DNA of 63,241 bases, counting the filler, from Caldilineae bacterium (GTDB lineage Bacteria > Chloroflexota > Anaerolineae > DTLA01): assembly GCA_037446815.1 (NCBI GenBank). It is 3 parts of 3 records of this genome, joined end to end, with 100 filler letters (N's around TTAATTAATTAA, not from the genome) between each part and the next. Parts side by side here need not be neighbours in the genome. Positions count along the whole stretch, not along the records: positions 21,913 to 43,132 come from JBBIHX010000040.1; positions 43,233 to 63,241 come from JBBIHX010000043.1; 1 more part is not named here. The stretch is one strand, 5' to 3'. The notes under the pieces were generated by a model, which saw only the letters and a list, made by a program, of their open reading frames with translations, made no database searches and was not told the origin of the DNA. The position numbers and the translations under genes are program-made. Position 1 is the first letter of the stretch. Every line of letters starts with the position of its first letter. Shown one piece after another: positions 42,762-52,628 of this stretch.

Positions 42762-42796
42762 AACGTGCGACGCACCTCCGAGGTGCGTCGCACGTT
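42762..42796. repeat. Palindromic REP-like unit AACGTGCGACGCACCT-N3-AGGTGCGTCGCACGTT
   Basis: Near-perfect palindrome. Related copies at about 16635, 28500 and 63115. Confidence 0.75.
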
Positions 42797-42877
42797 GGCC
42801 CTCCATCTGTCATTGCGAGCCTGTGCGGGCGACCCGCCGGGGCGACCGGCCGGTCGCCCGTGCATGATGGCGCCCCG

Positions 42878-43022
42878 GACTCGGTTCCAAAGGTTGTTGG
42901 TATTTGTCATTGCGAGGGCGCGGAGCGCCCGAAGCAATCGCCGCAGCGTGGGGTTGCTTCGCTTCGCTCGCAACGACACACGGGGGTGCATGCGGTTCAC
43001 CAAAACAAGGTGAAGCCGACCC
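42878..43022 (+). mobile_element. MITE-like element, cargo type A
   Basis: GACTCGGTTCCAAAGGTTGTTGG...CCAAAACAAGGTGAAGCCGACCC. Perfect 8-bp direct repeat GCGCCCCG (42870-42877, 43023-43030). Confidence 0.85.
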
Positions 43023-43037
43023 GCGCCCCGAAAACCC

Positions 43038-43066
43038 TTGACACCGGAGCAAGAATGTGCTATACT
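43038..43066 (+). promoter_or_regulatory. sigma70 promoter of a gene lost at the contig end
   Basis: TTGACA-17-TATACT with an extended TG. RBS AGGAGG at 43122-43127 lies just before the join. Confidence 0.75.
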
Positions 43067-43132
43067 TTCATCAGCACCGCACCTCCATCGTTACGCTATC
43101 TTTTGCCCCTCACATGCAAACAGGAGGCCTCC

Positions 43133-43232
43133 NNNNNNNNNNNNNNNNNNNNNNNNNNNNNNNNNNNNNNNNNNNNTTAATTAATTAANNNNNNNNNNNN
43201 NNNNNNNNNNNNNNNNNNNNNNNNNNNNNNNN
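43133..43232. other. Artificial contig-join spacer
   Basis: N run containing TTAATTAATTAA. Confidence 0.95.
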
Positions 43233-43389
43233 CCCATCCTATTCGTGCAGATTCGTGTTATCCGTGGATAAGGTCTTCCGAGCGGCGCAGCCGCGAGGAA
43301 TCTCGCGCCCTATGCGTCCCATCCATGCTATCCGCGGATAACGCCCCGGAGATTGCCCCGCATCGCCGGCGCGGGACAGGCAGTCCGGC

Positions 43390-44400
43390 CTACGGCTCCA
43401 CGATGGCCTTGGCCACCGCCCCCGACTCCACCGCCTTGAGCGCCGCCTCGGTGTCGTCCAGGCCCACCACAAGCCCCACGAGCGCCTCCGCGTCCACCAC
43501 GCCCTCGGCGATAAGGCGGATGCCGACCTCAAACTCGCCCGCGTAGTAGATGAACGACCCGAGGATTTCCACTTCCCTGCGCGCCACCGCCATCGGCACC
43601 ACCTGAGCCGGGCGCGTGGATAGCCCCACGAGCACGACCCGTCCGCCGGCCCGCACCAAATCCAGCGCCTGCTGCACCGTCGCGGCCACGCCCGCCGTCT
43701 CAAACACAACCAGCGGCCCTTGCCCCGACGGCGTAAGGGCGCGGATGCGGGCTACTATATCCGGGTCGCGCCCGTTGAAAGCCGCCTCGGCTCCCAGTCG
43801 GCGCGCCAACTCCAGTTTCTCCGGCACGATGTCCACCGCGAAAACCCGCGCGCCGGCCACCTTCGCCGCGGCGACGGTCAGCAGGCCAATGGCGCCGCAA
43901 CCCATCACGGCCACCGCATCGCCCACGCGCACCCGCCCCCGCCGCACCGCATGCACGCCCACCATCAGCGGCTCCACCAGCGCGCCCTGCCGGTACGACA
44001 TGGCAGCGGGAATCGGCCACACGAAGCGCGCGGGCACCTTGGCGTACTCGGCCAGCGTCCCCGGCCAGTTGATGGCCATGCCCACGCGGTTCACGCACAG
44101 GTTGACCAGCCCTTCGCGGCAGTACAGGCATTCGCCGCACGAGAAGTTCGGCTCGGCGGTAACCCGCTGGCCCACGGCGATGCCCGATACCCCCTCGCCG
44201 ACCGCGACCACATCGCCGGCGAATTCATGCCCCAGAATCTGCGGGTACTCCACGCTGCGGTCGCCGGTGTACATGTGCAGATCAGACCCGCAGATGCCCG
44301 TGGCCCGCACGCGGATGACCACCTCGCCTGGGCCGGGCTCCGGCCTGGCGACCTCACCCAGCCGAATATCCCGCGGGCCGTACAGCAATGCCGCCTTCAT
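43390..44400 (-). CDS. Zinc-dependent dehydrogenase (sorbitol/idonate DH-like)
   Basis: GICGSD, LGHE, CGECLYC..C, LVEP, GCGAIG. Confidence 0.9.
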   Translation of the reverse strand: MKAALLYGPRDIRLGEVARPEPGPGEVVIRVRATGICGSDLHMYTGDRSVEYPQILGHEFAGDVVAVGEGVSGIAVGQRVTAEPNFSCGECLYCREGLVNLCVNRVGMAINWPGTLAEYAKVPARFVWPIPAAMSYRQGALVEPLMVGVHAVRRGRVRVGDAVAVMGCGAIGLLTVAAAKVAGARVFAVDIVPEKLELARRLGAEAAFNGRDPDIVARIRALTPSGQGPLVVFETAGVAATVQQALDLVRAGGRVVLVGLSTRPAQVVPMAVARREVEILGSFIYYAGEFEVGIRLIAEGVVDAEALVGLVVGLDDTEAALKAVESGAVAKAIVEP

Positions 44401-44416
44401 AGCCCTCTCCTCCCCT

Positions 44417-46357
44417 CTACACTTGCCAGCCGGCCAGCAAGCCTTCGTAGATGGCGTTGACCAACCGGCGCGGCTGGTTGGCGTCGCCGATGACGTGCAC
44501 GGGCACGTCCAGCGAGCCGAGCGCGTCGGCCAGCGAACGCTCCGCCACGGCGCCCGCCGCCAGCACAATCACGTCGGCGGGGAAAAGCGCCGGCTTCCCA
44601 TCCGCAAACTCGCAGGCCAGACCCTCGTCGGCGACGCTCTTCGCCCTGCACGCCGCGTAGCCGATAATGCCGGCGCGCTCCAGTTCCTCCAGCAGGTCAA
44701 TGCGCGTCGTCGGCTCCACGTCGGGCGCGATTCGGTCCAGCATCTCCACCAGGGTAACGCGATTGCCCCGCGCCGCCAGGTACAGCGCCGTCTCGCAGGC
44801 CACCAGCCCCGCGCCGATCATCGCCACCGTCTTGTCTCGCACGTCGGCCTTGCCGCTGAGCACATCCCACGCCGTAACCACGCGGGCGTCGTCCAGCCCG
44901 GTGATGGGCGGGCGCAAGGGTTTTGCCCCCGTGGCCACAATCACCGCGTCCGGCTTCTGCGCCGCCACGTACTCCGGCGTGGCCTCCACGCCCAGGCGCA
45001 CCTCCACGCCCGCCTCGCGGAGTTGCCGCGTAAGCGTGTCCTGGAGCCAGAGAATCTTCTCCTTCCCGGGCGGGCGGCTGCTCAGCATCATCTGGCCGCC
45101 CAGTTCCGTGCCACGCTCGCAGAGGATAACCCGATGTCCACGCCGCGCCGCCGCCCACGCGGCCTCCATGCCCGCCGGCCCGCCCCCGATGACCAGCACG
45201 CGCTTCGGCTGGTGCGCGGGCGCAAAATCGTCAAAGACCTCCTCGCGGCCCAGGAACGGGTTCACCGTGCAGCGGATGGGCACGCCGTCCACGCTCCGCG
45301 ACTTGGAACAGACGTTGCAGGAGATGCAGCGGCGGATGCGGTGCGCCTCACCCGCCCGCGCCTTGTTCACCCACTCCGGATCGGCCAGCAGCCCCCGTCC
45401 CAGCACCGCGAAGTCCATCTTCCCCATGGCGATGGCCGCGTCCGCAAAGGCCGGCTCCCGAATCACGCTGGCCGCCAGCACCGGCACGCTCACCACCTGG
45501 CGAATCCCCTCGGCCAGGTAGAGTTTCCATCCCTGCGGGAAGCGCATCGGTTCTATCTGCTTGTGATGGGCCGCGGGGAATGCCGCCGAGATGTGCAGCG
45601 CGTCCAAGCCGGCCGCGGCGAGCATCTTGGCCAGCGCCTTGTACTCCTCCTGCGTATTGCCGCCCTCCACGAAATCGTCGCCGTTGATGCGCATCCACAG
45701 CGGGAACCCGCGCCCCACCGCCTGGCGCACGGCGGCGATGACCTCCAGCGCGAAGCGCGCGCGCCCCTCCAGCCCGCCCCCGTACTCGTCGGTGCGGCGG
45801 TTGGTGTACGCCGACAGAAACTGGCTGATGAGATACCCGTGCGCGCCGTGAATCTCGACGCCGTCAAATCCCGCCCTCACCGCGCGCGCCGCAGCCGCCG
45901 CGAAGCATTGCACGATCTCGTGAATCTCGTGCACCGTCAGCGGGTGAGGCGTCGCACGGCCCGGCGCCACCGGCACGTCCGAGGGGCCTACCGGCGCGCC
46001 CCCGCACAGTTGCGGCGATGTCAGCGCGCCCACGTGGTTGATCTGGATCGCGGCCCTCGCGCCGTAGCGCTGGATCGCCTCGGCCAGGCGATTGAGGCCG
46101 GGGATGAACTCGTCGCGGTCTATCCGATTGTGGGCCACCGCGCCCCGCCCCTGGGGATACTGCACCGTCGTGTTCTCCACGATGATGAGGCCGGTGCCGC
46201 CGCGGGCGCGCTCGGCGTAGTGGCGGATCATGCGCTCCGTTACGCCGCCCGTGTCGGAGGCGTAGTTCGTGCCCATGGGCGACATCACCACGCGGTTGCG
46301 AATCTCCATGCGTCCGATGCGCCCCGGACTCAGCAGATGCGGATACGGGTTCTTCAT
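44417..46357 (-). CDS. NADH:flavin oxidoreductase (OYE, 2,4-dienoyl-CoA reductase-like)
   Basis: GFDGVEIHGAHGYLISQF, NRRTDEYGG, CISCNVC..CTVNP, IGGGPAG. Confidence 0.92.
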   Translation of the reverse strand: MKNPYPHLLSPGRIGRMEIRNRVVMSPMGTNYASDTGGVTERMIRHYAERARGGTGLIIVENTTVQYPQGRGAVAHNRIDRDEFIPGLNRLAEAIQRYGARAAIQINHVGALTSPQLCGGAPVGPSDVPVAPGRATPHPLTVHEIHEIVQCFAAAAARAVRAGFDGVEIHGAHGYLISQFLSAYTNRRTDEYGGGLEGRARFALEVIAAVRQAVGRGFPLWMRINGDDFVEGGNTQEEYKALAKMLAAAGLDALHISAAFPAAHHKQIEPMRFPQGWKLYLAEGIRQVVSVPVLAASVIREPAFADAAIAMGKMDFAVLGRGLLADPEWVNKARAGEAHRIRRCISCNVCSKSRSVDGVPIRCTVNPFLGREEVFDDFAPAHQPKRVLVIGGGPAGMEAAWAAARRGHRVILCERGTELGGQMMLSSRPPGKEKILWLQDTLTRQLREAGVEVRLGVEATPEYVAAQKPDAVIVATGAKPLRPPITGLDDARVVTAWDVLSGKADVRDKTVAMIGAGLVACETALYLAARGNRVTLVEMLDRIAPDVEPTTRIDLLEELERAGIIGYAACRAKSVADEGLACEFADGKPALFPADVIVLAAGAVAERSLADALGSLDVPVHVIGDANQPRRLVNAIYEGLLAGWQV

Positions 46358-46417
46358 CTCCGCCTCCTTGACGATGAAACGCGGCGGGCCAGGCGATTGC
46401 CCGGCCCGCGACAACGG

Positions 46418-48130
46418 TTACAGGTCTGCGAGCGTGCCGTCCACCTCCGACTCGGGCACGTCAAACACGACATTGTGCGGCGGCAGCGGCTCTTCCAACA
46501 TGAATTCGGGCAGACGGTCGTCCGCCGTCGTAAAGCCCGCCCGTCGGTTGAACTCCAGTTCCAGTTTCAGCACGGTGCGGTTCATCTGCTCCAGGTCCTG
46601 CACTGTCCAGCCCCAGCCAAACCGCCCGTTGATGAGGTCCACCATCAGTTGCGGGTCAGCGAACACGGGCGGCCGCGCGAACAGGCACAGGCCGGTGTAG
46701 TCCAGCATCGCCGCGCCCAACTGCAACTTTCGCGACTCGGCCCGCTGCCCCTCTATGCCGAGCGGGTTCACTGTGGCCCGCGAGCCGAAGGCATTGCCTG
46801 CCGTGTGGTCCGCGCCCATGGGCGACGTGGCGTAGGTAACGCCGTTGCCCTTGAGGGAGCGCGGGTCGTAGGCCGGCATGGCCTGCCCCTTCACTGCGGG
46901 GATCCGCCTGATGCCCAGGACGCGCCCTGTAACCACCGCGCCCTGCCCGATCATCCTGCCGACGACGCTATCTTTCGCCACCTCTTGGAGCAGCGCGACA
47001 AAACTATCCTTGTCGCCGAATTTCGCCAGCCCCGCCTCGGCAGCGATACCCAGCGCGGCCCCGGTCTCAATGGTATCCAGCCCCAGGTCGTTGCACATAT
47101 AGTTCAGTTCGGCGACTTCGTCTAGCGTGCCCAGGCCCAAGTTGGAGCCCAGCAGGCCGATGGTCTCGTACTGCAGCGTGCCCACGATCGGCTTGCCGCT
47201 CTCGTCCACGAAAACGTTGCAGCAGGCGATAACGCATCCGGGCATGCAGCGGGTGCCCACCTGCCCACCCCGCGCCAGCGTAACCTCGCGCAGGTGTTCC
47301 CCGCGCAGGTTCTCGGCTTCCTCAAATCGCCCGTCGCGGAAGTTGCGCGTGGGCAGCGACCCCATCTCGTTCACCGCGCCCACGATGGACGCCGTCCCGT
47401 ACAGGTGCGACGAACCCTTGTGGCCGGTCTTGGGGCTATTCCACAACTCCTGCCCGAAGCGGCGGGCAGCGGCTCGGAACAATTCCGGATTGGCCAAGGC
47501 TGCGGGGCCTGCGTTCCCTGCGTCCAGCACCACGGCCTTCAGGCCCTTGCTCCCCATCAGCGCGCCCAGGCCTCCGCGGGCCGCTTGGCGACTGACCTGG
47601 TCGCCCTCGCCGGTGCAGGCCACGCTCGCGCCCGCAAGTTTCCGCTCGCCCGCGGGGCCGATGCTCATCACCGTGCAACTCGCACCCCAGCGCGCGCGGG
47701 CGGCCTCCGCTGTGGCATACGTGCCCAGCCCGCGCCACTCCTCCGCGGGGAGCAACTCCACCTTGTCGGGCGACACGTACAACTGATACAGCCCGCCGTC
47801 CGACGGCTGGCCCTCCACCACGATGGCCTTGATGTCCAGGCGGCCCAGCACGATGCCGGCGGTCCCGCCCGCGTTGGCCTCCTTGACGCCGCCCGTCAGC
47901 GGGCTCTTGCCGCCGACCGACACTCGCCCTGCGCTGGACAGGCTCGTGCCCCCCAGCAGGCCGGGCGCGAAGATAAGTTTGTTGTGGGGTCCCAGCGGCT
48001 CGCAGCGCGGCGGGACCTCCTCCAGAAGGATTTTCGCGATAAGTCCGCGCCCGCCGAACTGCTCGTAGGCAGGCGGAACCGGCTCCCACCTCACCGTCTG
48101 GTGGGTCATGTCAACGCGCAGTATCTTCAT
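46418..48130 (-). CDS. Aldehyde:ferredoxin oxidoreductase family (W/Mo)
   Basis: GGRG, KSPLTGG.KEANAGG, ARGGLGALMGSKGLKA, C..C..AC, LGLDTIE. Confidence 0.92.
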   Translation of the reverse strand: MKILRVDMTHQTVRWEPVPPAYEQFGGRGLIAKILLEEVPPRCEPLGPHNKLIFAPGLLGGTSLSSAGRVSVGGKSPLTGGVKEANAGGTAGIVLGRLDIKAIVVEGQPSDGGLYQLYVSPDKVELLPAEEWRGLGTYATAEAARARWGASCTVMSIGPAGERKLAGASVACTGEGDQVSRQAARGGLGALMGSKGLKAVVLDAGNAGPAALANPELFRAAARRFGQELWNSPKTGHKGSSHLYGTASIVGAVNEMGSLPTRNFRDGRFEEAENLRGEHLREVTLARGGQVGTRCMPGCVIACCNVFVDESGKPIVGTLQYETIGLLGSNLGLGTLDEVAELNYMCNDLGLDTIETGAALGIAAEAGLAKFGDKDSFVALLQEVAKDSVVGRMIGQGAVVTGRVLGIRRIPAVKGQAMPAYDPRSLKGNGVTYATSPMGADHTAGNAFGSRATVNPLGIEGQRAESRKLQLGAAMLDYTGLCLFARPPVFADPQLMVDLINGRFGWGWTVQDLEQMNRTVLKLELEFNRRAGFTTADDRLPEFMLEEPLPPHNVVFDVPESEVDGTLADL

Positions 48131-48164
48131 AACGTCCTCCTTATGTAAAGTACCAGCACTCATG

Positions 48165-49073
48165 TCAATATGCAGCCAGCAGGAACGGCATCACCGCCAG
48201 GCCGGCCAGGATGGACAGCGAGATAGCCCCCGCCGCGAACTCCGTATCCAGCCCCTCCATGGAGGCGTACACCAGCACCACGATCCCGATGGGCATGGCC
48301 GCGCCCATAGCCACGGCAGCCCGCGCCAGCCCCTGCAGCCCGAAGATCGCCACCAGCGCCTGCCCCACCAGCCAGCCCCCCGCGATGCGTAGCGCCACCG
48401 CCGTCAGCATGGGTCGCCATCGGGAAAACCGCAGTTCTATGAACGCGCCCAGGGTCAGCATGGCCAGCGGCCCGTTCGCCTTGGACACGGGTTCCAGAAT
48501 CTGCACCAGCCAAGCGGGCAGCGACACGCCCAGCAAGTTCACCGAAATCCCCAGGACATTCGCCCAGAAGGTGGGCAGGGCCAGCACCCGCTTCAGTCCC
48601 GCATGCCAGGCCGACGATGCGTTCGTCCCGTGTCGCGTCGCCGTGTAGTAGGCGTAACTGTTGCCCACCAGCGAGTTGCCCAGGTCAAAGGCCGCCAAAC
48701 GGCTAATGCCCTCGGCGCCGTAGAACGTCAGGAAGAACGGCACCAGGAAGAACCCGATGTTGCTCACCATGGTGCTGGTGATGAGCACGCCGGCCACGGG
48801 CTTCTCCAGTCGCATCGCCCTGGCCGCCAGGCGGGCCAGCAGTTGCAGCACCAGCGGAATGGCCGCCCCGCAGAAACTGAGCACCAGGATGCTCCCGATC
48901 TCCAACTCCGCCCGCGCCAGCGACAGAAACAGAAGTGCAGGCAGGGTCGCATTGATGATGACGCGCGCCATCGTGTGCCCGTCATCGTGTCGCAGAATGC
49001 GGGCCTGCCGAAACAGGAACCCCGCAACCATCCACGTGAGAATAGGCAGCGACTGGCTCAGGATGCTTGCCAT
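48165..49073 (-). CDS. AEC (auxin efflux carrier) family transporter
   Basis: LPAL.F, SNIGF..P, AAMP and about 10 TM segments. Confidence 0.85.
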   Translation of the reverse strand: MASILSQSLPILTWMVAGFLFRQARILRHDDGHTMARVIINATLPALLFLSLARAELEIGSILVLSFCGAAIPLVLQLLARLAARAMRLEKPVAGVLITSTMVSNIGFFLVPFFLTFYGAEGISRLAAFDLGNSLVGNSYAYYTATRHGTNASSAWHAGLKRVLALPTFWANVLGISVNLLGVSLPAWLVQILEPVSKANGPLAMLTLGAFIELRFSRWRPMLTAVALRIAGGWLVGQALVAIFGLQGLARAAVAMGAAMPIGIVVLVYASMEGLDTEFAAGAISLSILAGLAVMPFLLAAY

Positions 49074-50131
49074 CGGCCCGACAACTCCACCGGCTGGCCC
49101 GTCTCCCCCGACTTCATGATGGCCAGGACGACCTCCAGTGTTCGGCGCGCATCCCGCCCGCTCGTCCTGGGTTCCTCCTCCCGCCGAGCCACGCGGCAGA
49201 AGTGGCGCATCTCCTCGCGCAGCGGGTGCACCGGCGTAACCCCCAGCCGGTCCACCTGCAGCGGCCACTGCCAGCCTGCCTTCTCGGCATCCGGATACCA
49301 CACGTGGCGCATCTGCGGCAGCGTCAGCGACCCCTTGGTGCCGAAGAAGTAGTAGCAATCCTCCGGCGAATAGAAGAAGTACGGGTTCTCCCAGGGCGAG
49401 GTAGTGGACTCATAGGCCCAGATGGACGGCACGCAGTCCGACGTGGTGATGGTGGCGACGACATCCCCATCCAGGCGCAGCGAGATGGCGATGGTATCCT
49501 CCACCTCAAACCCCCGCGTCCGATTGCTCGTCTCGGCGAAGACGCGGACGACATCGCGCCCGCTGATGTAGCGGATGTCGTCCACGTCGTGAATCGTATT
49601 GATGAGCAGCGGCCCGCCGCCCGTAGCCTTCTTCGTTCGCCAAGTGGCCTGGAAGTAGTCCTTGGGCTTGAGAATAGTCCACAGCACCGCGATGGCCGTC
49701 AGGTCGCCCAGCGCCCCGCCCTGAATCATCTCCCGCGCCCGCATCACAAACGACGAGAACCGCCGATGGTGCCCAATGAGCAGCGGCGTGCCGCTCTCGT
49801 CGGCCGCCGCGATGATACGGTCTGCCGCGTCCAGCGTGGGAGCGATGGGCTTTTCCAGCAGCACCGGAATCCCCCGCCGCAGGCACTCCACCGCCACCGG
49901 CTCGTGCTGGTCGTTGGACACGACCGCGACGACGCCGTCCAGGCGCTCCTTGTCCAGCATCTCGCGGAAGTCTTGATAGAAGCGCGCGCCAAGGTTTTCG
50001 GCCACCTTCCCCCGCTCGGGAACGACATCGCATGCCGCGACCAGTTCCATCTCCGGCAACTGGGCCGCGATCTGCAGGTGGTTCACGCCAAACCCAAGCC
50101 CGATAATGGCAACGCGAGTCTTCTCAGCCAT
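49058..50131 (-). CDS. Gfo/Idh/MocA oxidoreductase (IolG-like)
   Basis: IIGLG.G, LLEKPIA, GHHRRF, GGGPLLINTIHDVD. Confidence 0.9.
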   Translation of the reverse strand: MAEKTRVAIIGLGFGVNHLQIAAQLPEMELVAACDVVPERGKVAENLGARFYQDFREMLDKERLDGVVAVVSNDQHEPVAVECLRRGIPVLLEKPIAPTLDAADRIIAAADESGTPLLIGHHRRFSSFVMRAREMIQGGALGDLTAIAVLWTILKPKDYFQATWRTKKATGGGPLLINTIHDVDDIRYISGRDVVRVFAETSNRTRGFEVEDTIAISLRLDGDVVATITTSDCVPSIWAYESTTSPWENPYFFYSPEDCYYFFGTKGSLTLPQMRHVWYPDAEKAGWQWPLQVDRLGVTPVHPLREEMRHFCRVARREEEPRTSGRDARRTLEVVLAIMKSGETGQPVELSGRWQAS

Positions 50132-50154
50132 ATGCCCTCCTCGGCCAGGCCGCG

Positions 50155-51324
50155 CTACATTTTCACCATGACCTTGCCGCCCTCGCGGTTGGCGAGACTG
50201 CGCACCGCCTCGGCCGCCTTCTCCAGCGGATAGCGCGCCGTGATCATGGGCGTCATGTCCAGGCGGCCACTCGCCATCAGTTTGATGATGTTGCCGAAAG
50301 TCCCCCATCCGGTGTGGCCCAGGCTGCCGAAGGACTGGCTGCCCGTGTCCTGGTAGATGGTGATATTGGTGGGCACGGCCCCTGCGCGGCGGCCCAGGTG
50401 CACCACCTTGGAGCCGACCGCCAGCGACTGCTCAATCTCGGGCAGCGTGGCCTTGGGCACGCCCGCCGCCTCAACCTGCACGTCGGCGCCGTCGCCATGG
50501 GTCAGTTCCAGCACCACCTCGTGAGGAGTTGTGCCTTCCTTGGCCAGCGCCTCGGGGTTATACACGTGATCCGCGCCGAAGCGCTGCGCCAACTGCCGCC
50601 GCGACTCCGTTACCTCAAACACGATGATCTTGGACGCGCCGGCGATCCTGGACAGGGCGATGCTGGTCAGGCCGATGGGGCCTGCTCCGTACACCACCAC
50701 GACCGCGCCCGGCAGGAACCCGCCCGCCCGCGTGAACAAGCCATTGTACGAGATGCCGGTCGGCTCCACCAGTGCGCCCGCCTCGCAGGCCTTGTCCTTG
50801 TCGCCGTACACGTCCAGCAGCCCGTTGATATTCCACACGTACTTGTCGCGCATCGCCACGTACTCGGCGAACGCGCCATTGGTAACGAACCCAAATCGCC
50901 CCATGTTGCGGCAGTGGTTGTACAACCCCCTGCGGCACGAGATGCACTTGCCGCACCAGTGCAACTGCTCGCCGGTAACCAGGTCGCCGACCCTGAAGTC
51001 CGAGACCTTGTCCCCGACGGCCACCACCTCGCCGGCGAACTCGTGGCCGATGACCACCGGCAGTTTCGTCCAACTCGGGTAGATGAGGTAACCGTCCTCG
51101 TCCGTCTCGTAGAGGTGCAGGTCCGAGCCGCAAACGCCACAGGCCCGGACGCGGATAAGGACATCCTCCGGGCCCACTTCGGGTTCGGGGATGTCCTTCA
51201 CTTCCAGAGTCGTGTGGCGCCACACGTTGCTCCCCTTGCGGGCGATGCGGTTCTTCCGCTCCATTTCGCTCACGGGGTAGTCGGGGCGCGGGTCAAACTG
51301 ACCGTCCAACACCAACGCTCGCAT
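50155..51324 (-). CDS. iolM: Scyllo-inosose 3-dehydrogenase-like Zn dehydrogenase
   Basis: Distinctive N-terminus (FDPRPDY..GSNVWR), CGVCGSD, LVEPTGISYN, GGFLPG, GSLGHTG, all resembling Thermotoga IolM. Adjacent to iolN. Confidence 0.78.
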   Translation of the reverse strand: MRALVLDGQFDPRPDYPVSEMERKNRIARKGSNVWRHTTLEVKDIPEPEVGPEDVLIRVRACGVCGSDLHLYETDEDGYLIYPSWTKLPVVIGHEFAGEVVAVGDKVSDFRVGDLVTGEQLHWCGKCISCRRGLYNHCRNMGRFGFVTNGAFAEYVAMRDKYVWNINGLLDVYGDKDKACEAGALVEPTGISYNGLFTRAGGFLPGAVVVVYGAGPIGLTSIALSRIAGASKIIVFEVTESRRQLAQRFGADHVYNPEALAKEGTTPHEVVLELTHGDGADVQVEAAGVPKATLPEIEQSLAVGSKVVHLGRRAGAVPTNITIYQDTGSQSFGSLGHTGWGTFGNIIKLMASGRLDMTPMITARYPLEKAAEAVRSLANREGGKVMVKM

Positions 51325-51572
51325 ATCGCTCTCCTACTCTTGTTGTAACCGGAAAAACGTGGGGTTGCGCAGCGACGCGCGTGGAGTGCGATGCGACGTC
51401 GGCGCGGGCGCAATGTCGGGCGCGATGCGACTGCAACGGGGCTTCGGTGTCTCGTCGCCGCGCAACCCCGCAGCCCTGGCTGAGATAACGGCAAACGTGA
51501 GGGCTGCCTCCGCGGCGGATCTTCTGTTGTGAGAGCACTAGCGCCGCGGCTCGTAAGCGATGTTGGCCCCCA

Positions 51573-52538
51573 TCATGGCGGGTAGGCGATGGTATACAGG
51601 TGCTTGCCGCCGCGGAACGGGCCTTTCAGAACCGCCTCAATCTCCTCTGGCGTGCGCATGGACATCTTGTCGGCGGGCGGCAACTTGCCGGCCGGGAACC
51701 GCTCCAGGATGTCGTTGATGAGCCGCACCATGTAGTCAAACAGTGCGTTCAGCCCCGCCTCGGCCTTCGCCGCATTGGCCAGCGACGGCTTGCCCACCAC
51801 GCCCTCCGGCGTCATGATGACTTCTATACCGCCGAATCCGATCTGCTCGTGTCCCTTGATGGGCGCATGGTACACCTCGCCGCCTTTGTCCACATGTCCG
51901 GGCGGCATGAATCCCTTGTGGTTGGTGTCCACGGCCTTCTCCAACTTCACCAGTTCGGGGAACAGGGCCAGCGAGTACGAGCATTCGGCCTCATCGGCGT
52001 GGCGGAACGGCGTATCAAACGGGCCGCCGTGCTCCTTGTCCTTCAGGTAATCGTGAATCACCGTCGGCCAGTGGAGCGAAATCAACATGCACGGCACCTG
52101 GTACTTCTTGGCAAACTGGTGCAGGGCCAACGGAATCACTTCCTCCTGCCCGTGGCCGTTGAGCAGGATTTGCTTGCGGAAGCCGGTGTTCCAGAACCCG
52201 GCGATGATGGCCCGCAGGTAAGCGATGAACGTGTCCTCGGGCACCACAACCGTTCCCGGCATTCCCAGGTGGTTGAACGGGTGAGAGCCATACCAGACCG
52301 GCTCGGCCACGGTGCAGCCCGTAGCCTCGGCCACCATCTCGGCCATGCGGGCGGCCAGGAACGTGTCCTCGCCGAAGGGCTGAGCATCGCCGTGCTGCTC
52401 GGTGCTGCCCACCGGGATGATGATGATATCGTTGGTCTTCAGGCGCTCTTCTACTTCCGCCTTGGTCATCGTCTGGTAGTAGATGCCATGCGGCTTGTCC
52501 ATGTGGCCGCCCGACGGCGGCAGTTTCCACTTCGGCAT
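51573..52538 (-). CDS. iolN: 3-dehydro-scyllo-inosose hydrolase-like (creatininase family)
   Basis: GIYYQTMT, IPVGSTEQHG, GEDTF, AGFWNTGFRKQILLNGHGQE, HADEAE, ERFPAGKLP. Confidence 0.85.
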   Translation of the reverse strand: MPKWKLPPSGGHMDKPHGIYYQTMTKAEVEERLKTNDIIIIPVGSTEQHGDAQPFGEDTFLAARMAEMVAEATGCTVAEPVWYGSHPFNHLGMPGTVVVPEDTFIAYLRAIIAGFWNTGFRKQILLNGHGQEEVIPLALHQFAKKYQVPCMLISLHWPTVIHDYLKDKEHGGPFDTPFRHADEAECSYSLALFPELVKLEKAVDTNHKGFMPPGHVDKGGEVYHAPIKGHEQIGFGGIEVIMTPEGVVGKPSLANAAKAEAGLNALFDYMVRLINDILERFPAGKLPPADKMSMRTPEEIEAVLKGPFRGGKHLYTIAYPP

Positions 52539-52628
52539 GAGAGCCTCCTTTGCGCTTGGGACACACGCCGACGCCGCGGCCCCGGTGGCGTAACCCGTGA
52601 GGGCCGCAGCGCCGGACGACAATCCAGA

